This document shows positions 42,006-51,732 of a stretch of DNA of 64,000 nt, piece by piece. A model generated the notes under the pieces. It had not been told where the DNA came from, ran no database searches, and saw only the letters and a program-made list of their open reading frames with translations. Each line of letters opens with the position of its first letter. Position 1 is the stretch's first letter. The position numbers and the translations under genes are program-made. This DNA is from Bacteroidales bacterium UBA6428 (GTDB lineage Bacteria; Bacteroidota; Bacteroidia; Bacteroidales; UBA932), in the NCBI GenBank assembly GCA_002437305.1, contig DJOW01000071.1, positions 49,808-113,807 of the forward strand. The letters run 5' to 3'.

Positions 42006-43880
42006 CTACCGGATCATCGGAAGCCAGGTCTGGATGTGCTTGCCTTTCCAGCAGTCAACGGAGGAGTAGTCAACCATCTTGATGTCGCCATCCGTGGTAG
42101 GGACAAGAAACTGCATTCTGGTGCCGGCACGTTCTGGATCGACGACCTTCACTTTGACTTCGCCGTCCGGGTCTGCCACTACCTGAACCGGCTTGTTGTA
42201 GTCCGGGTCGATGTTCTCGTCACGGGCCAGGACAAGAGGTCCCCACTGCACTGCCTGGAAGTACTTTCCCTCAGGGTTGCGACCCTTGTCGGAAGCCTTG
42301 ATGAGTTTCGCACGCATGTCGAAAATGATGTAAATGCTGTCGCCGGACTTCCATCCACGCTCAAGATTGAGATACTTACCGGCCTCGGCCTGACCGACAT
42401 ACTTCCCGTTCACCTCGACATAGGTGTTCGCGCTCCAATAAGGGATGCGCAGCTTGACGGTGAACTTTTCCTTCACGGCAGGATCGACAGAGATCCGCAC
42501 CTCGTTCGCACGGGGATATTCAGTGACGATTCCAAGCTTCACCTCGTTGCCTTTCGCCGTCCTGGCGGTCACGGTTCCGGCGTTGTAGAGGTTGATGACC
42601 GGGCCATCTTTGGACTGCATCGCGGCGATGTAAGGGAGGTATGAAAGTCCGCAAGGGCCGCTGAGGTTGCAGCAGGTGACAGGCTGTCCGTCAATGCTTG
42701 TTCCCCAGCCGCTGTTTGTCACCTTGACCCCGTTCAGGAGGTTCACGTAGCTGAAGCTCTTTCCGTCCGGCTTCATCGCCCCCAGAAGGCCGTTGTAGGC
42801 ATATTTCTCGATGTAGTCAACAGCGGTCGGGTCGCCGGTCAGACGAAGGTACTGCGAGCAGTACTTCATCCAGGTCACACCCACGCAGGTCTCCATCATC
42901 CTCTTGATGTCCGGATTGGTCTGCTCCACCGCGGTGTTGCTCCATCCCTCGCCGTAGAGCCTTGGCCAGTAAACGTCGGAGCCGGCGTTGCCGACAATCG
43001 TGATCTCGTTCTCGACAGCGTCCTTGAAAAAATTATCCAGACATGCCTTCCACCTTGGGTCGCCGGTCGCGCGGTAGTACTCGGCCAGCCCCTCGAAAAC
43101 CGAGGTCATCTCGTACGCCTTCGGATACGGCTTGCCGACATTGTACAAATGCTCGCCGTCGAGGACCTGCTGGAAGATGTTGCTCCCTCTGGACGCTCCG
43201 GTCCTGACGATGTAGTCGGCGAAATCAAGATAGTCCTTCTTGCCGGTCAAGAAGTAGAGTCTCATCATCGGCTCAAGGATTGAGGAGGATTCGATCTTGG
43301 TGGAGCTCCACCCCAATTCGTTTATGCCCTTCTTCGGGGCGGGGCCAACCTGGTCAATCACGCTCACCGCCTCCTTTTCCAAAGCGGCAAGGACCCTCGG
43401 ATCCTGCTCGACGTCAGTGTAGTACTGAAGCAGGCCGAGCATGACATACTTGCGCTCCCAGATGTCACCATCGCGGTCTCCCGGCTGATCCTCAACGGGG
43501 GTGCAGCTGATGCTGCCGTTGCTCTTTTCCGTGGCCATCAGCTTGTAGACCAAATCCTTGGTCAAAGCCTTGAGCTTTGGATCCTGATTGTAGCGGTAAA
43601 GCAGCGCGTTTGTGCGGATGCATTTGCCAGGCATCTCGCCGAGGGCGAATTTCTCCCGTCCCTTGATGAAGTAGTCGATGACCTTGTCGTAGGGCATCAC
43701 TCCGTAGACCCAGTGGTCGATCGAATTCTGAATGTCATCCGCGAAGTAGCCGTTGAATGTCACGCTTCCCGCCGGGAGGGGCTCAAACACGTCACCGACT
43801 CTTTTGAGATTCAGGTCTGTCTGAGCGGGAGCTCCTACAGAGAGCAGCATGGCTGCCGCGAAAACGATTGCATTTTTCAT
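42006..43880 (-). CDS. GH127/GH146 family beta-L-arabinofuranosidase-like protein
   Basis: Signal peptide, KAYEM, METCVGVTW, TCC, LRIPYWS, GPLVLARD. Start set at MKNAIV. Confidence 0.85.
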   Translation of the reverse strand: MKNAIVFAAAMLLSVGAPAQTDLNLKRVGDVFEPLPAGSVTFNGYFADDIQNSIDHWVYGVMPYDKVIDYFIKGREKFALGEMPGKCIRTNALLYRYNQDPKLKALTKDLVYKLMATEKSNGSISCTPVEDQPGDRDGDIWERKYVMLGLLQYYTDVEQDPRVLAALEKEAVSVIDQVGPAPKKGINELGWSSTKIESSSILEPMMRLYFLTGKKDYLDFADYIVRTGASRGSNIFQQVLDGEHLYNVGKPYPKAYEMTSVFEGLAEYYRATGDPRWKACLDNFFKDAVENEITIVGNAGSDVYWPRLYGEGWSNTAVEQTNPDIKRMMETCVGVTWMKYCSQYLRLTGDPTAVDYIEKYAYNGLLGAMKPDGKSFSYVNLLNGVKVTNSGWGTSIDGQPVTCCNLSGPCGLSYLPYIAAMQSKDGPVINLYNAGTVTARTAKGNEVKLGIVTEYPRANEVRISVDPAVKEKFTVKLRIPYWSANTYVEVNGKYVGQAEAGKYLNLERGWKSGDSIYIIFDMRAKLIKASDKGRNPEGKYFQAVQWGPLVLARDENIDPDYNKPVQVVADPDGEVKVKVVDPERAGTRMQFLVPTTDGDIKMVDYSSVDCWKGKHIQTWLPMIR

Positions 43881-44130
43881 TATTTCTACCTGTTGATTAT
43901 TTCCAAAACTCCACAAATTTAACATTTTCCGCGCAATTCCGGCTCAAAGGGGGAGAAAAAAACAGAAAATATCAAAAAAAAACAGTGAGCGTCCCCGCAC
44001 AAAGAGCCGGAGCGCGGAAGCAGGGCGGACATCGGCCGGTCTAGACCCCGGGGCTACATTCCGGGAAACGCTTTTGCCAGAGAGGAATTTTGTTCGTACC
44101 TTTGCTCTTAAGCGGATCAATTTTTGGCTT

Positions 44131-45798
44131 ATGGTAAGAATTTATTGCAAGAACACCGGGACCTACAAGGAGTTCCTTGAAGGCACCACCCTGCAGGACA
44201 TCGCGCCCGCGTTCGAGTTCGACAAACCCTACGACATACTGGCGGCGAAAGTGAACAATGTGGCGGAAGGGTTAAGGTTCAGGGTCTTCCACAACAGAGA
44301 CGTGGAGTTTATGGACTACCGCTCCTACACCGGACGCAATTTCTACAGCCGCTCGCTCTGCTTTCTTCTCTACAAGGCGACCAAGGATCTGTTTCCGGAA
44401 AGCAGGATGACAATCCGAAGGCCTATCTCAAAAGGCTATTTCTGCTCGGTTTACAAGAATGACGGAACGGTCCTGGCGGAGGAGGACGTTGAGGCCATAG
44501 AGGTCAGAATGAGGGAAATAGTCGAAGAGAATATACCTTTCAGACGCAAGGAAATCCAGATCGCGGAGGCCATCAGGATATTCAAGGAATCAGGAGACCT
44601 CGACAAGGTGAAGCTGCTCGAGACGTGCGGCGAGGTCTACATCACCTGCTACTCGCTTGGCGATGTGACTGACTACTACTATGATGAGCTCGTCCCGAGC
44701 ACAGGCTACCTCAAGACATTCGGGGTGAGGCTCAGCCACGGAGGAATATTGCTGCGTGTCCCTGACCGCCACCATCCCGATGACCTTGCTCCGCTCCACG
44801 AGCAGCCAAAGACATTCGAGGTGTTCGCCGAGGCCCACAAATGGAACTGGATCATGGGGCTTTCCAATGTCGGGGATGTCAACGAATCCATTCTCAAAGG
44901 CAACGCCTCTGACCTCATCCAGATTTCCGAGGCGCTGCAAGAGAAGAAAATAGTCCAGATCGCCGAGGAGATCGAGAGGCGGCACAACGACCCGGAGAAT
45001 CCGGTGAAGCTTGTTCTGATCACGGGGCCGAGCAGCAGCGGAAAGAGCACGGTCTGCAAAAGGCTCAGCGTCCAGCTGAAAGCCTGCGGCCTGCACCCGA
45101 TCTCGTTCTCAACCGATGACTACTTCGTCAACCGCGCCGACACCCCGAAGCTCCCGGACGGAAGCTACGACTTCGACAACTTCGACACTGTGGATCATGA
45201 ATATCTCCAGAAAGACCTTGTCAAACTGCTTGACGGAGAGGAGGTTGAAGTCCCAGAATATAACTTCGTCACAGGACGCCGCGAATTCAACGGCAAGAAT
45301 CTCAAACTGGGAGAAAGGTCTGTGCTGCTGATCGAAGGCCTGCACGCCCTCAACCCTCGCCTTACGGAAAAGGTTCCTGACAGGGAGAAATTCAGGATAT
45401 TCATAAACACCATCACCTCCATCTCTCTGGACTGCCACAACTGCATCCCGACAAGCGACAACCGCCTGCTTAGAAGAATTGTGAGGGACTATCTCAAAGG
45501 AGCGTTCACGGCTCGTGAGTCTATCTCGAACTGGCCTAATGTGCGCAGGGCCGAGGTCAAATGGATCTACCCGTTCCAGGAAAACGCCGATGTGCTGTTC
45601 AACTCGGCCTACCTCGTGGAGTTTGCCGTGCTGCGCACCCATGCGGAGAGGATTCTGGCCACAGTGCCTAAGAACTGCCCGGAGTACAGCGAGGCCCACA
45701 GGCTGCTTAAGTTCCTGCACTATTTCGTGCCGGTCTCGGACAAGGAGATTCCTCCGACATCGCTGATCCGAGGGTTCATCGGCGGGGGAAGCTATTGA
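44131..45798 (+). CDS. Nucleoside (uridine) kinase-like protein with a ThrRS N-terminal (TGS/SAD-like) region
   Basis: AAKVNN TGS-like start, VPSTGYL, Walker A GPSSSGKS, DDYF, IEGLHALN. Confidence 0.88.
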   Translation: MVRIYCKNTGTYKEFLEGTTLQDIAPAFEFDKPYDILAAKVNNVAEGLRFRVFHNRDVEFMDYRSYTGRNFYSRSLCFLLYKATKDLFPESRMTIRRPISKGYFCSVYKNDGTVLAEEDVEAIEVRMREIVEENIPFRRKEIQIAEAIRIFKESGDLDKVKLLETCGEVYITCYSLGDVTDYYYDELVPSTGYLKTFGVRLSHGGILLRVPDRHHPDDLAPLHEQPKTFEVFAEAHKWNWIMGLSNVGDVNESILKGNASDLIQISEALQEKKIVQIAEEIERRHNDPENPVKLVLITGPSSSGKSTVCKRLSVQLKACGLHPISFSTDDYFVNRADTPKLPDGSYDFDNFDTVDHEYLQKDLVKLLDGEEVEVPEYNFVTGRREFNGKNLKLGERSVLLIEGLHALNPRLTEKVPDREKFRIFINTITSISLDCHNCIPTSDNRLLRRIVRDYLKGAFTARESISNWPNVRRAEVKWIYPFQENADVLFNSAYLVEFAVLRTHAERILATVPKNCPEYSEAHRLLKFLHYFVPVSDKEIPPTSLIRGFIGGGSY

Positions 45799-45914
45799 CA
45801 TTTTCTCCGGCCGGCGGAAAGCACCGGCGCTTTTTGGAAACGGCGGCGGGAAAGACATTGAATATATTATTTGAATATATTAATAAGACAACAATTAAAA
45901 CATCTACCGACAAA

Positions 45915-47591
45915 ATGGCGGACGAAAAGATAATTTTCTCAATGAACGGTGTGGGAAAGGTTCTCCCGCACAACAACAAGGTTATTCTTAAAGACATCTA
46001 CCTTTCATTCTTCTACGGAGCGAAGATCGGCATCATCGGTCTGAACGGCTCCGGCAAGTCGACCCTGATGAAGATCATCGCCGGTGTGGAGAAATCCTAC
46101 CGTGGCGAGGTGGTCTGGGCGCCGGGCTATTCTGTGGGCTACCTTGAGCAGGAGCCTCAGATGGATCCGGACAAGACCGTCCTGGAGGTCGTGCAGGAGG
46201 GGGTGCAGGAGGTCATGGATGTGCTCAATGAATATAACGAGATTTCCCTCAAGTTCATGGAGCCGATGGACGACGACCGGATGAACGCGCTCATAGAGCG
46301 TCAGGGCGAACTCTCCGAAAAAATCGAGCATCTTGGCGGCTGGGAGATCGACGCTAAGCTGGAAAGGGCGATGGACGCGTTGAACTGTCCACCGCCCGAC
46401 GCCCGGATCTCAACTCTTTCCGGAGGCGAGCGTCGCCGTGTCGCTCTTTGCAGGCTCCTTCTCCGCGAGCCCGACGTGCTTCTGCTGGACGAGCCGACCA
46501 ACCACCTTGACACAGAGAGCATCCAGTGGCTGGAGGCGCACCTGCGCCAGTACAAAGGCACGGTCATCGCAGTGACCCACGACCGTTACTTCCTCGACAA
46601 CGTTGCCGGCTGGATCCTTGAGCTTGACAGAGGCGAGGGCATCCCGTGGAAGGGCAACTACAGCTCTTGGCTGGAGCAGAAGACCAAGAGGCTTGAGATG
46701 GAGGAGAAACAGGAGAGCAAGAGGCGCAAGACCCTCCAGCACGAGTTGGAATGGGTGCGCATGGCTCCCAAGGCACGTCAGGCCAAGCAGAAGGCCCGCC
46801 TCGGGGCCTACGAGAAGCTTGCTTCGGCGGACTCAAAGGAGAAGGAGGCCAATCTGGAAATATACATTCCGAACGGACCGCGCCTAGGCAACAAGGTCAT
46901 CGAGTTCAAGGACGTGTCCAAGGCCTACGGGGACAAGGTTCTCTTCGAGCACCTCTCATTCGCCCTTCCGCCTGCCGGAATTGTCGGTGTGATCGGTCCT
47001 AACGGAGCAGGAAAGACAACCTTGTTCAGACTCATCATGGGCACCGAGAAACCTGACACAGGATCGATCGACACAGGGGAGACAGTGAGGATCTCCTATG
47101 TGGACCAGCAGCACAAGAGCATCGACCCGGACAAGACAGTGTTCGAGACCATTGCCGGGAACTCCGAGTGGGTGAGGCTCGGCAACAAGGACATCAACGC
47201 CAGAGCCTGGGTCTCACGCTTCAATTTCAGCGGCTCTGACCAGGAGAAACTCTGTGGAGTGCTTTCAGGCGGAGAAAGAAACAGGCTCCACCTTGCGCTG
47301 ACCCTCAAGGACGAGGGCAATGTGCTGCTTCTGGACGAGCCTACGAACGATGTGGACGTAAACACGATCCGCGCCCTGGAGGACGGTCTTGAGAACTTCG
47401 CCGGTTGCGCCGTCGTCATAAGCCACGACCGCTGGTTCCTGGACAGGATCGCCACACACATCCTCGCCTACGAGGGAGACTCCAATGTGGTGTTCTTCGA
47501 GGGCAACTACGCCGAGTACGAGGAGAACCGCAAGGCACGCCTCGGCAACACTGAGCCTAAGAGATTCAAATACAAGAAATTGATGGAATAG
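45915..47591 (+). CDS. ettA: Energy-dependent translational throttle protein EttA
   Basis: ILKDIYLSFFYGAKIG, WILELDRGEGIPWKGNYSSWLEQK, ELEWVR, LSGGERNR. Start set at MADEK. Confidence 0.95.
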   Translation: MADEKIIFSMNGVGKVLPHNNKVILKDIYLSFFYGAKIGIIGLNGSGKSTLMKIIAGVEKSYRGEVVWAPGYSVGYLEQEPQMDPDKTVLEVVQEGVQEVMDVLNEYNEISLKFMEPMDDDRMNALIERQGELSEKIEHLGGWEIDAKLERAMDALNCPPPDARISTLSGGERRRVALCRLLLREPDVLLLDEPTNHLDTESIQWLEAHLRQYKGTVIAVTHDRYFLDNVAGWILELDRGEGIPWKGNYSSWLEQKTKRLEMEEKQESKRRKTLQHELEWVRMAPKARQAKQKARLGAYEKLASADSKEKEANLEIYIPNGPRLGNKVIEFKDVSKAYGDKVLFEHLSFALPPAGIVGVIGPNGAGKTTLFRLIMGTEKPDTGSIDTGETVRISYVDQQHKSIDPDKTVFETIAGNSEWVRLGNKDINARAWVSRFNFSGSDQEKLCGVLSGGERNRLHLALTLKDEGNVLLLDEPTNDVDVNTIRALEDGLENFAGCAVVISHDRWFLDRIATHILAYEGDSNVVFFEGNYAEYEENRKARLGNTEPKRFKYKKLME

Positions 47592-47661
47592 TTATTGCAG
47601 TGTTCCGGTGTTGGCGCGCTGCGGTGGCGCACCATGATGTTGCACTAAAACTATAACTGTT

Positions 47662-47838
47662 ATGGCAAGTGACTCAAAAAAGTACGAATGCCTGCGCTGC
47701 GGCTGGATCTATGATCCGGCGGAAGGCGATCCGGACGGTGGCATAAAGCCCGGAACCCCGTTCAAGGACATCCCGAAGGACTGGAAATGTCCGGTCTGCG
47801 GAGCATCGAAATCAGATTTCGCGGAATATTCTGAATAA
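47662..47838 (+). CDS. Rubredoxin (58 aa, not in the ORF track)
   Basis: [58 protein letters not shown] with two CxxC motifs. Confidence 0.96.
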   Translation: MASDSKKYECLRCGWIYDPAEGDPDGGIKPGTPFKDIPKDWKCPVCGASKSDFAEYSE

Positions 47839-47862
47839 CCTTCCGCAAGAATTGCAAATTGA

Positions 47863-47970
47863 GCACAGGTCTCTGAGCTTGTCGAAGTGACTAAACTTGT
47901 CGAAGTGACCTGTGCATCATTGGTTCACCAATATGGTTGGCACGTTTTGACAAACTCAGCGGCCAACCAT
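47863..47970. repeat. Cluster of REP-like palindromes in opposite orientations between convergent genes
   Basis: GCACAGGTCTCTGAGCTTGTCGAAGTGAC...CTTGTCGAAGTGACCTGTGC (47863-47915) and ATGGTTGG..TTTTGACAAACTCAGCGGCCAACCAT (47933-47970). Confidence 0.75.
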
Positions 47971-49307
47971 TATTTTGCAGCGATGGACTGGGCGATGACA
48001 TAGCCCATTGACCACGCTGCTTGCAGATTAAATCCTCCAGTAATCGCATCGACATCAAGGACTTCGCCTGCGAAATAGAGTCCCGGATGAGTCTTGCATT
48101 CAAGTGTGCTGAGGTTGATGTTGGACAAGGCGACACCTCCGCAGGTGACGAACTCCTCCTTGAAGCGGCTCTTTCCTCGGACCTGGTACCCATCGTTGGT
48201 CAAAGTGTTCACAAGGCGGTTCATTCCTTTTGAGCCAAGTTCGGCCCAGCGGGCATCGTCCCGGATGCCGCACTTGGAAATCAGGTAGCGCCAAAGTCTC
48301 GAAGGCAATTCTGGCGGATGTGTGTTGAGTATTAATTTCTGTGGATTGGCATTGGACAGTGACTGGATTCCGCTTCTGGCATCAAGCTCGCCCACCTCCC
48401 CTAACCAATTCACGGAAAGATTGGCAGAATATTCATTGTCAGCAAGATAGCAGGCCGCATAAGAAGAGAGTTTCAAGATTGCCGGGCCGCTCATTCCCCA
48501 ATGGGTGATAAGAAGAGGCCCGTTGGCCTTGAATTTCGTCCCGGCCAGGGATGCGCCGGCATTCTCGACCACGGTGCCCATCAACTCTCGGACGGGACTG
48601 CCGGGAAGGTTGAAGGTGAAAAGTGACGGGACAGGAGGAATGATTTCCAGATTCAGGGGGTCCAGGAAACCTAAGCCTGAGAGTTTCGGGCTGCCGCCGG
48701 TGGTGACAATCACGATGTCGGCGGAATGATCGAGTCTATGCTGTCGTTGAGAATTTGGGAGCGTCGGCCATTCGGCTGGCTCAGGGACCGATTTTACTGG
48801 CGCAGGGGCTGAACAAACTGGTCGCTGAGCCTGTCGAAGCGACTGTCTTCCAGAAAATTCAGTAGAAAGCGTGTAGCCGCCTTCTGGGCGTGGGAATATT
48901 CTTGTGACTTTATGTCTTGTGTGGAGCACGGCTCCTTCCTGACGCATCCTGGCGAGCAGAGTATTAACAATCTCCATCGCGTTCTGTGAAGCGGGAAAAA
49001 CGCAATGGTCACTCTGAAGGACAAGCCGAACGCCCTCATTCTCGAACCAACGCCAGGTGTCGTTGTTGTCAAAAGAGCGGAAAAGACGCTTCATCAACTT
49101 GTCCCCGCGAGGATAAGCCTCTGACAGAGAGGATATTCCTTCAAAGGAATTGGTCAAGTTGCACCGCCCTCCTCCGGTTATTGCCACTTTGGCCAAAGCC
49201 TTGGGGCCCACCTCAAACACATCAACAGAAGCGGAAGGAAGCCTCCGTTTCAATTCAATGGCGCAGAAACATCCCGCAGCCCCGGCCCCGATCACAGCAA
49301 CTTTCAT
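47970..49307 (-). CDS. HI0933/BaiN-like NAD(P)/FAD-dependent flavoprotein carrying an in-frame REP-derived insertion
   Basis: VIGAGAAG, TGGGRCNLTN, VPSLF, LITHWGMSGPAIL, VTCGGV, GEVLDVDAITGGFNLQAAW. Confidence 0.93.
   Translation of the reverse strand: MKVAVIGAGAAGCFCAIELKRRLPSASVDVFEVGPKALAKVAITGGGRCNLTNSFEGISSLSEAYPRGDKLMKRLFRSFDNNDTWRWFENEGVRLVLQSDHCVFPASQNAMEIVNTLLARMRQEGAVLHTRHKVTRIFPRPEGGYTLSTEFSGRQSLRQAQRPVCSAPAPVKSVPEPAEWPTLPNSQRQHRLDHSADIVIVTTGGSPKLSGLGFLDPLNLEIIPPVPSLFTFNLPGSPVRELMGTVVENAGASLAGTKFKANGPLLITHWGMSGPAILKLSSYAACYLADNEYSANLSVNWLGEVGELDARSGIQSLSNANPQKLILNTHPPELPSRLWRYLISKCGIRDDARWAELGSKGMNRLVNTLTNDGYQVRGKSRFKEEFVTCGGVALSNINLSTLECKTHPGLYFAGEVLDVDAITGGFNLQAAWSMGYVIAQSIAAK
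48763..48844. repeat. Inverted pair of REP-like elements inside a coding sequence
   Basis: CATTCGGCTGGCTCAGGGACCG and GGTCGCTGAGCCTGTCGAAGCGAC. Confidence 0.8.
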
Positions 49308-49449
49308 AATGCAAACCTACACAAATTATTTGACAAATTCATGAATATGCCCAATCAATAAGCAGCCGCAGAATCCACAATGAAGTGCGATGCAGCAGTG
49401 CGGAATAAACTTGGTGAAATGCCATTTAGTGAATATCTTTGCATAGTTT

Positions 49450-50826
49450 ATGGCCTCCGTACAGAAAGACATACTCCTCGGAATGATCCGGAAGGGGCAA
49501 CCGATGACCCTCGGACAGCAGATCCGGCTCACGATTCTGCTTAGCCTTCCGGCCATAGCCGCGCAGTTCTCGTCCGTCCTCATGCAGTACATCGACGCCG
49601 GGATGGTCGGACATCTGGGCGCCAATCAGTCGGCGTCCATCGGCTTGATAGCGACAACCACCTGGATCATGGGCGGCTTCACGTCCGGAACCAGCTCCGG
49701 CTTCTCCGTGCAGGTAGCCCACCTCTGCGGAGCCGGGAATTTCAAGGGAGCGAGGGAAGTGATGCGCCAAGGGCTGTCAACCGTCTTCCTGATAGGTCTC
49801 GTTCTGGCCGCCATCGGAATCTCGATCAGCGGGCCGCTCCCCCGCTGGCTCGGAGGAACCCCTGAGATAACCGGGGACGCCTCGGAGTATTTTCTCATCT
49901 ATTCAGCGTTCATTCCGGTCGGAGCGGTCGGATGGGCCGCGAGCGCGATGCTGCAGGCCAGCGGCAACATGAAGATTCCCAGCCTTATGTACACGGGGAT
50001 GTGCGTCCTTGACGTGGTGTTCAACTACATATTCATTTACGCCTGCGACATGGGAGTGGCCGGGGCGGCCCTCGGGACCGGAGCATCCGAGCTGGTGACT
50101 TCGGTCTTTGTTCTTTGGTACGTCCTGCGGCGTTCCAAAGAACTGAGCATCAAGGGAGAAAGCGGTTCATTCATGCCACGGTCCAAAACTGTGCGCAACG
50201 CCTGGGGCATCACCGCTCCTATGTGGCTCCAAAACATCATCATGAGGGGATCGCACATCATGAGCACCATCATCGTGGCCCCTCTCGGCCCGATTTCAAT
50301 CGCGGCGAACTCGCTGGCCATCATTGCGGAAAGTTTCTGCTACATGCCAGGCTACGGAATCGAGGAGGCCGCCACCACACTTGTCGGCCAGAGCCTCGGA
50401 GCCAAACGTCGGGATGTGGCCAAGCGTTTCTCGCAGATCACCATGTTGATGGCCGCTGGAATCATGACATTATTGGGAGCATTCATGTTCATCTTCGCGA
50501 CCGACCTGATGATGCTTCTGAGTTCGGATCCGGATGTCATCGACCTTGGCGCCAAGGTGCTGAGGATCGAGGCGTTCGCCGAGACTCTGTATGCGTTCTC
50601 GATAGCTGGCTACGGCTCGTGCGTGGGCGGAGGCGACACCCTCGTTCCAAGCGTGATGAACTTTGGGAGCATGTGGGTGATCCGCATCGGACTGGCACTG
50701 ATTTTGACCCCTAGGCTGGGACTCACCGGCTACTGGATAGCCATGTGCGTTGAGCTGAATGTCCGTGGCCTGCTCTTCTGGTGGAGGCTTCGCGGCGAGA
50801 AATGGATGAAACTAAAGATCACTTGA
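49450..50826 (+). CDS. MATE family efflux transporter
   Basis: LSLPAI, IDAGMVGHLG, ASGNMKIP, MGVAGAALGT, TTLVGQSLGA, GGDT. Confidence 0.93.
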   Translation: MASVQKDILLGMIRKGQPMTLGQQIRLTILLSLPAIAAQFSSVLMQYIDAGMVGHLGANQSASIGLIATTTWIMGGFTSGTSSGFSVQVAHLCGAGNFKGAREVMRQGLSTVFLIGLVLAAIGISISGPLPRWLGGTPEITGDASEYFLIYSAFIPVGAVGWAASAMLQASGNMKIPSLMYTGMCVLDVVFNYIFIYACDMGVAGAALGTGASELVTSVFVLWYVLRRSKELSIKGESGSFMPRSKTVRNAWGITAPMWLQNIIMRGSHIMSTIIVAPLGPISIAANSLAIIAESFCYMPGYGIEEAATTLVGQSLGAKRRDVAKRFSQITMLMAAGIMTLLGAFMFIFATDLMMLLSSDPDVIDLGAKVLRIEAFAETLYAFSIAGYGSCVGGGDTLVPSVMNFGSMWVIRIGLALILTPRLGLTGYWIAMCVELNVRGLLFWWRLRGEKWMKLKIT

Positions 50827-50830
50827 GAAT

Positions 50831-51673
50831 ATGGAAAAGATCATCAATCAGGAGTTCGGCGGAGAAAGACCGCTTTACTGCAGACACGGCCTTTATCTAG
50901 AGAATGTCAAGATCCACGCCGGCGAATCGGCCTTGAAGGAGACCAGCGACATAACGGCCGTCCGCTGCCAGTTCGAAGGGAAGTACCCGTTCTGGGAATG
51001 TGACGGATTCGTCATCAGGGACAGCATCCTGACGGCGGGAGCACGTTCCGGGCTGTGGTATTCCAGGAACTGCGAGATCAGCGGCACGATCATCGACGCG
51101 CCCAAGACTTTCCGCAGGATGGACGGGATCAAACTGAGGAACGTCCAGATCATGGGAGGAACCGAGACATTCTGGGACTGCCGGAACATCGATGTGGAGG
51201 ACTGCGTGATCGACAGGGCCGACTATGTCTTCATGCACTGCGGGAACGTCAGGCTGACCAACGTCAAGCTGAACGGCAACTACAGCTTCCAGTACGCCAG
51301 AAACGTCGAGATCCGGAACTGCATCCTGAACTCCAAGGATTCTTTTTGGGAATCGGAGAACGTCACGGTCATCGACTCCGTCATCAACGGAGAATACCTT
51401 GCCTGGTACTCGAAAAACCTTCGCCTGGTGCGTTGCCACATCACCGAGACCCAGCCCCTGTGCTACTGCGACGACCTTGTCCTGGAAGACTGCACGATGG
51501 GCGCGGACGCGGACCTTGCCTTTGAATATTCCTCTGTCCGCGCCACCGTCAAGGGGCATGTTCCCTCAATCAAGAATCCACGCACCGGCTTCATCCGTTA
51601 CGGCTCGGTAGGCGAAATCATAATCGACAAGAACATCAAGACTCCGGGCGACTGCGCGATTGAAGCCCTTTAG
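50831..51673 (+). CDS. DUF3737 family beta-helix protein
   Basis: FGGERPL, GESALKE, GKYPFW, GNYSFQ, SKDSFW, GEYLAW, QPLCY, DLAFEYS. Confidence 0.9.
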   Translation: MEKIINQEFGGERPLYCRHGLYLENVKIHAGESALKETSDITAVRCQFEGKYPFWECDGFVIRDSILTAGARSGLWYSRNCEISGTIIDAPKTFRRMDGIKLRNVQIMGGTETFWDCRNIDVEDCVIDRADYVFMHCGNVRLTNVKLNGNYSFQYARNVEIRNCILNSKDSFWESENVTVIDSVINGEYLAWYSKNLRLVRCHITETQPLCYCDDLVLEDCTMGADADLAFEYSSVRATVKGHVPSIKNPRTGFIRYGSVGEIIIDKNIKTPGDCAIEAL

Positions 51674-51732
51674 GCAGCGGATTTTGTCTCCGCCGGAGGG
51701 ACGGCGGATCCCTCCAGCGGAGACAGATCCCG

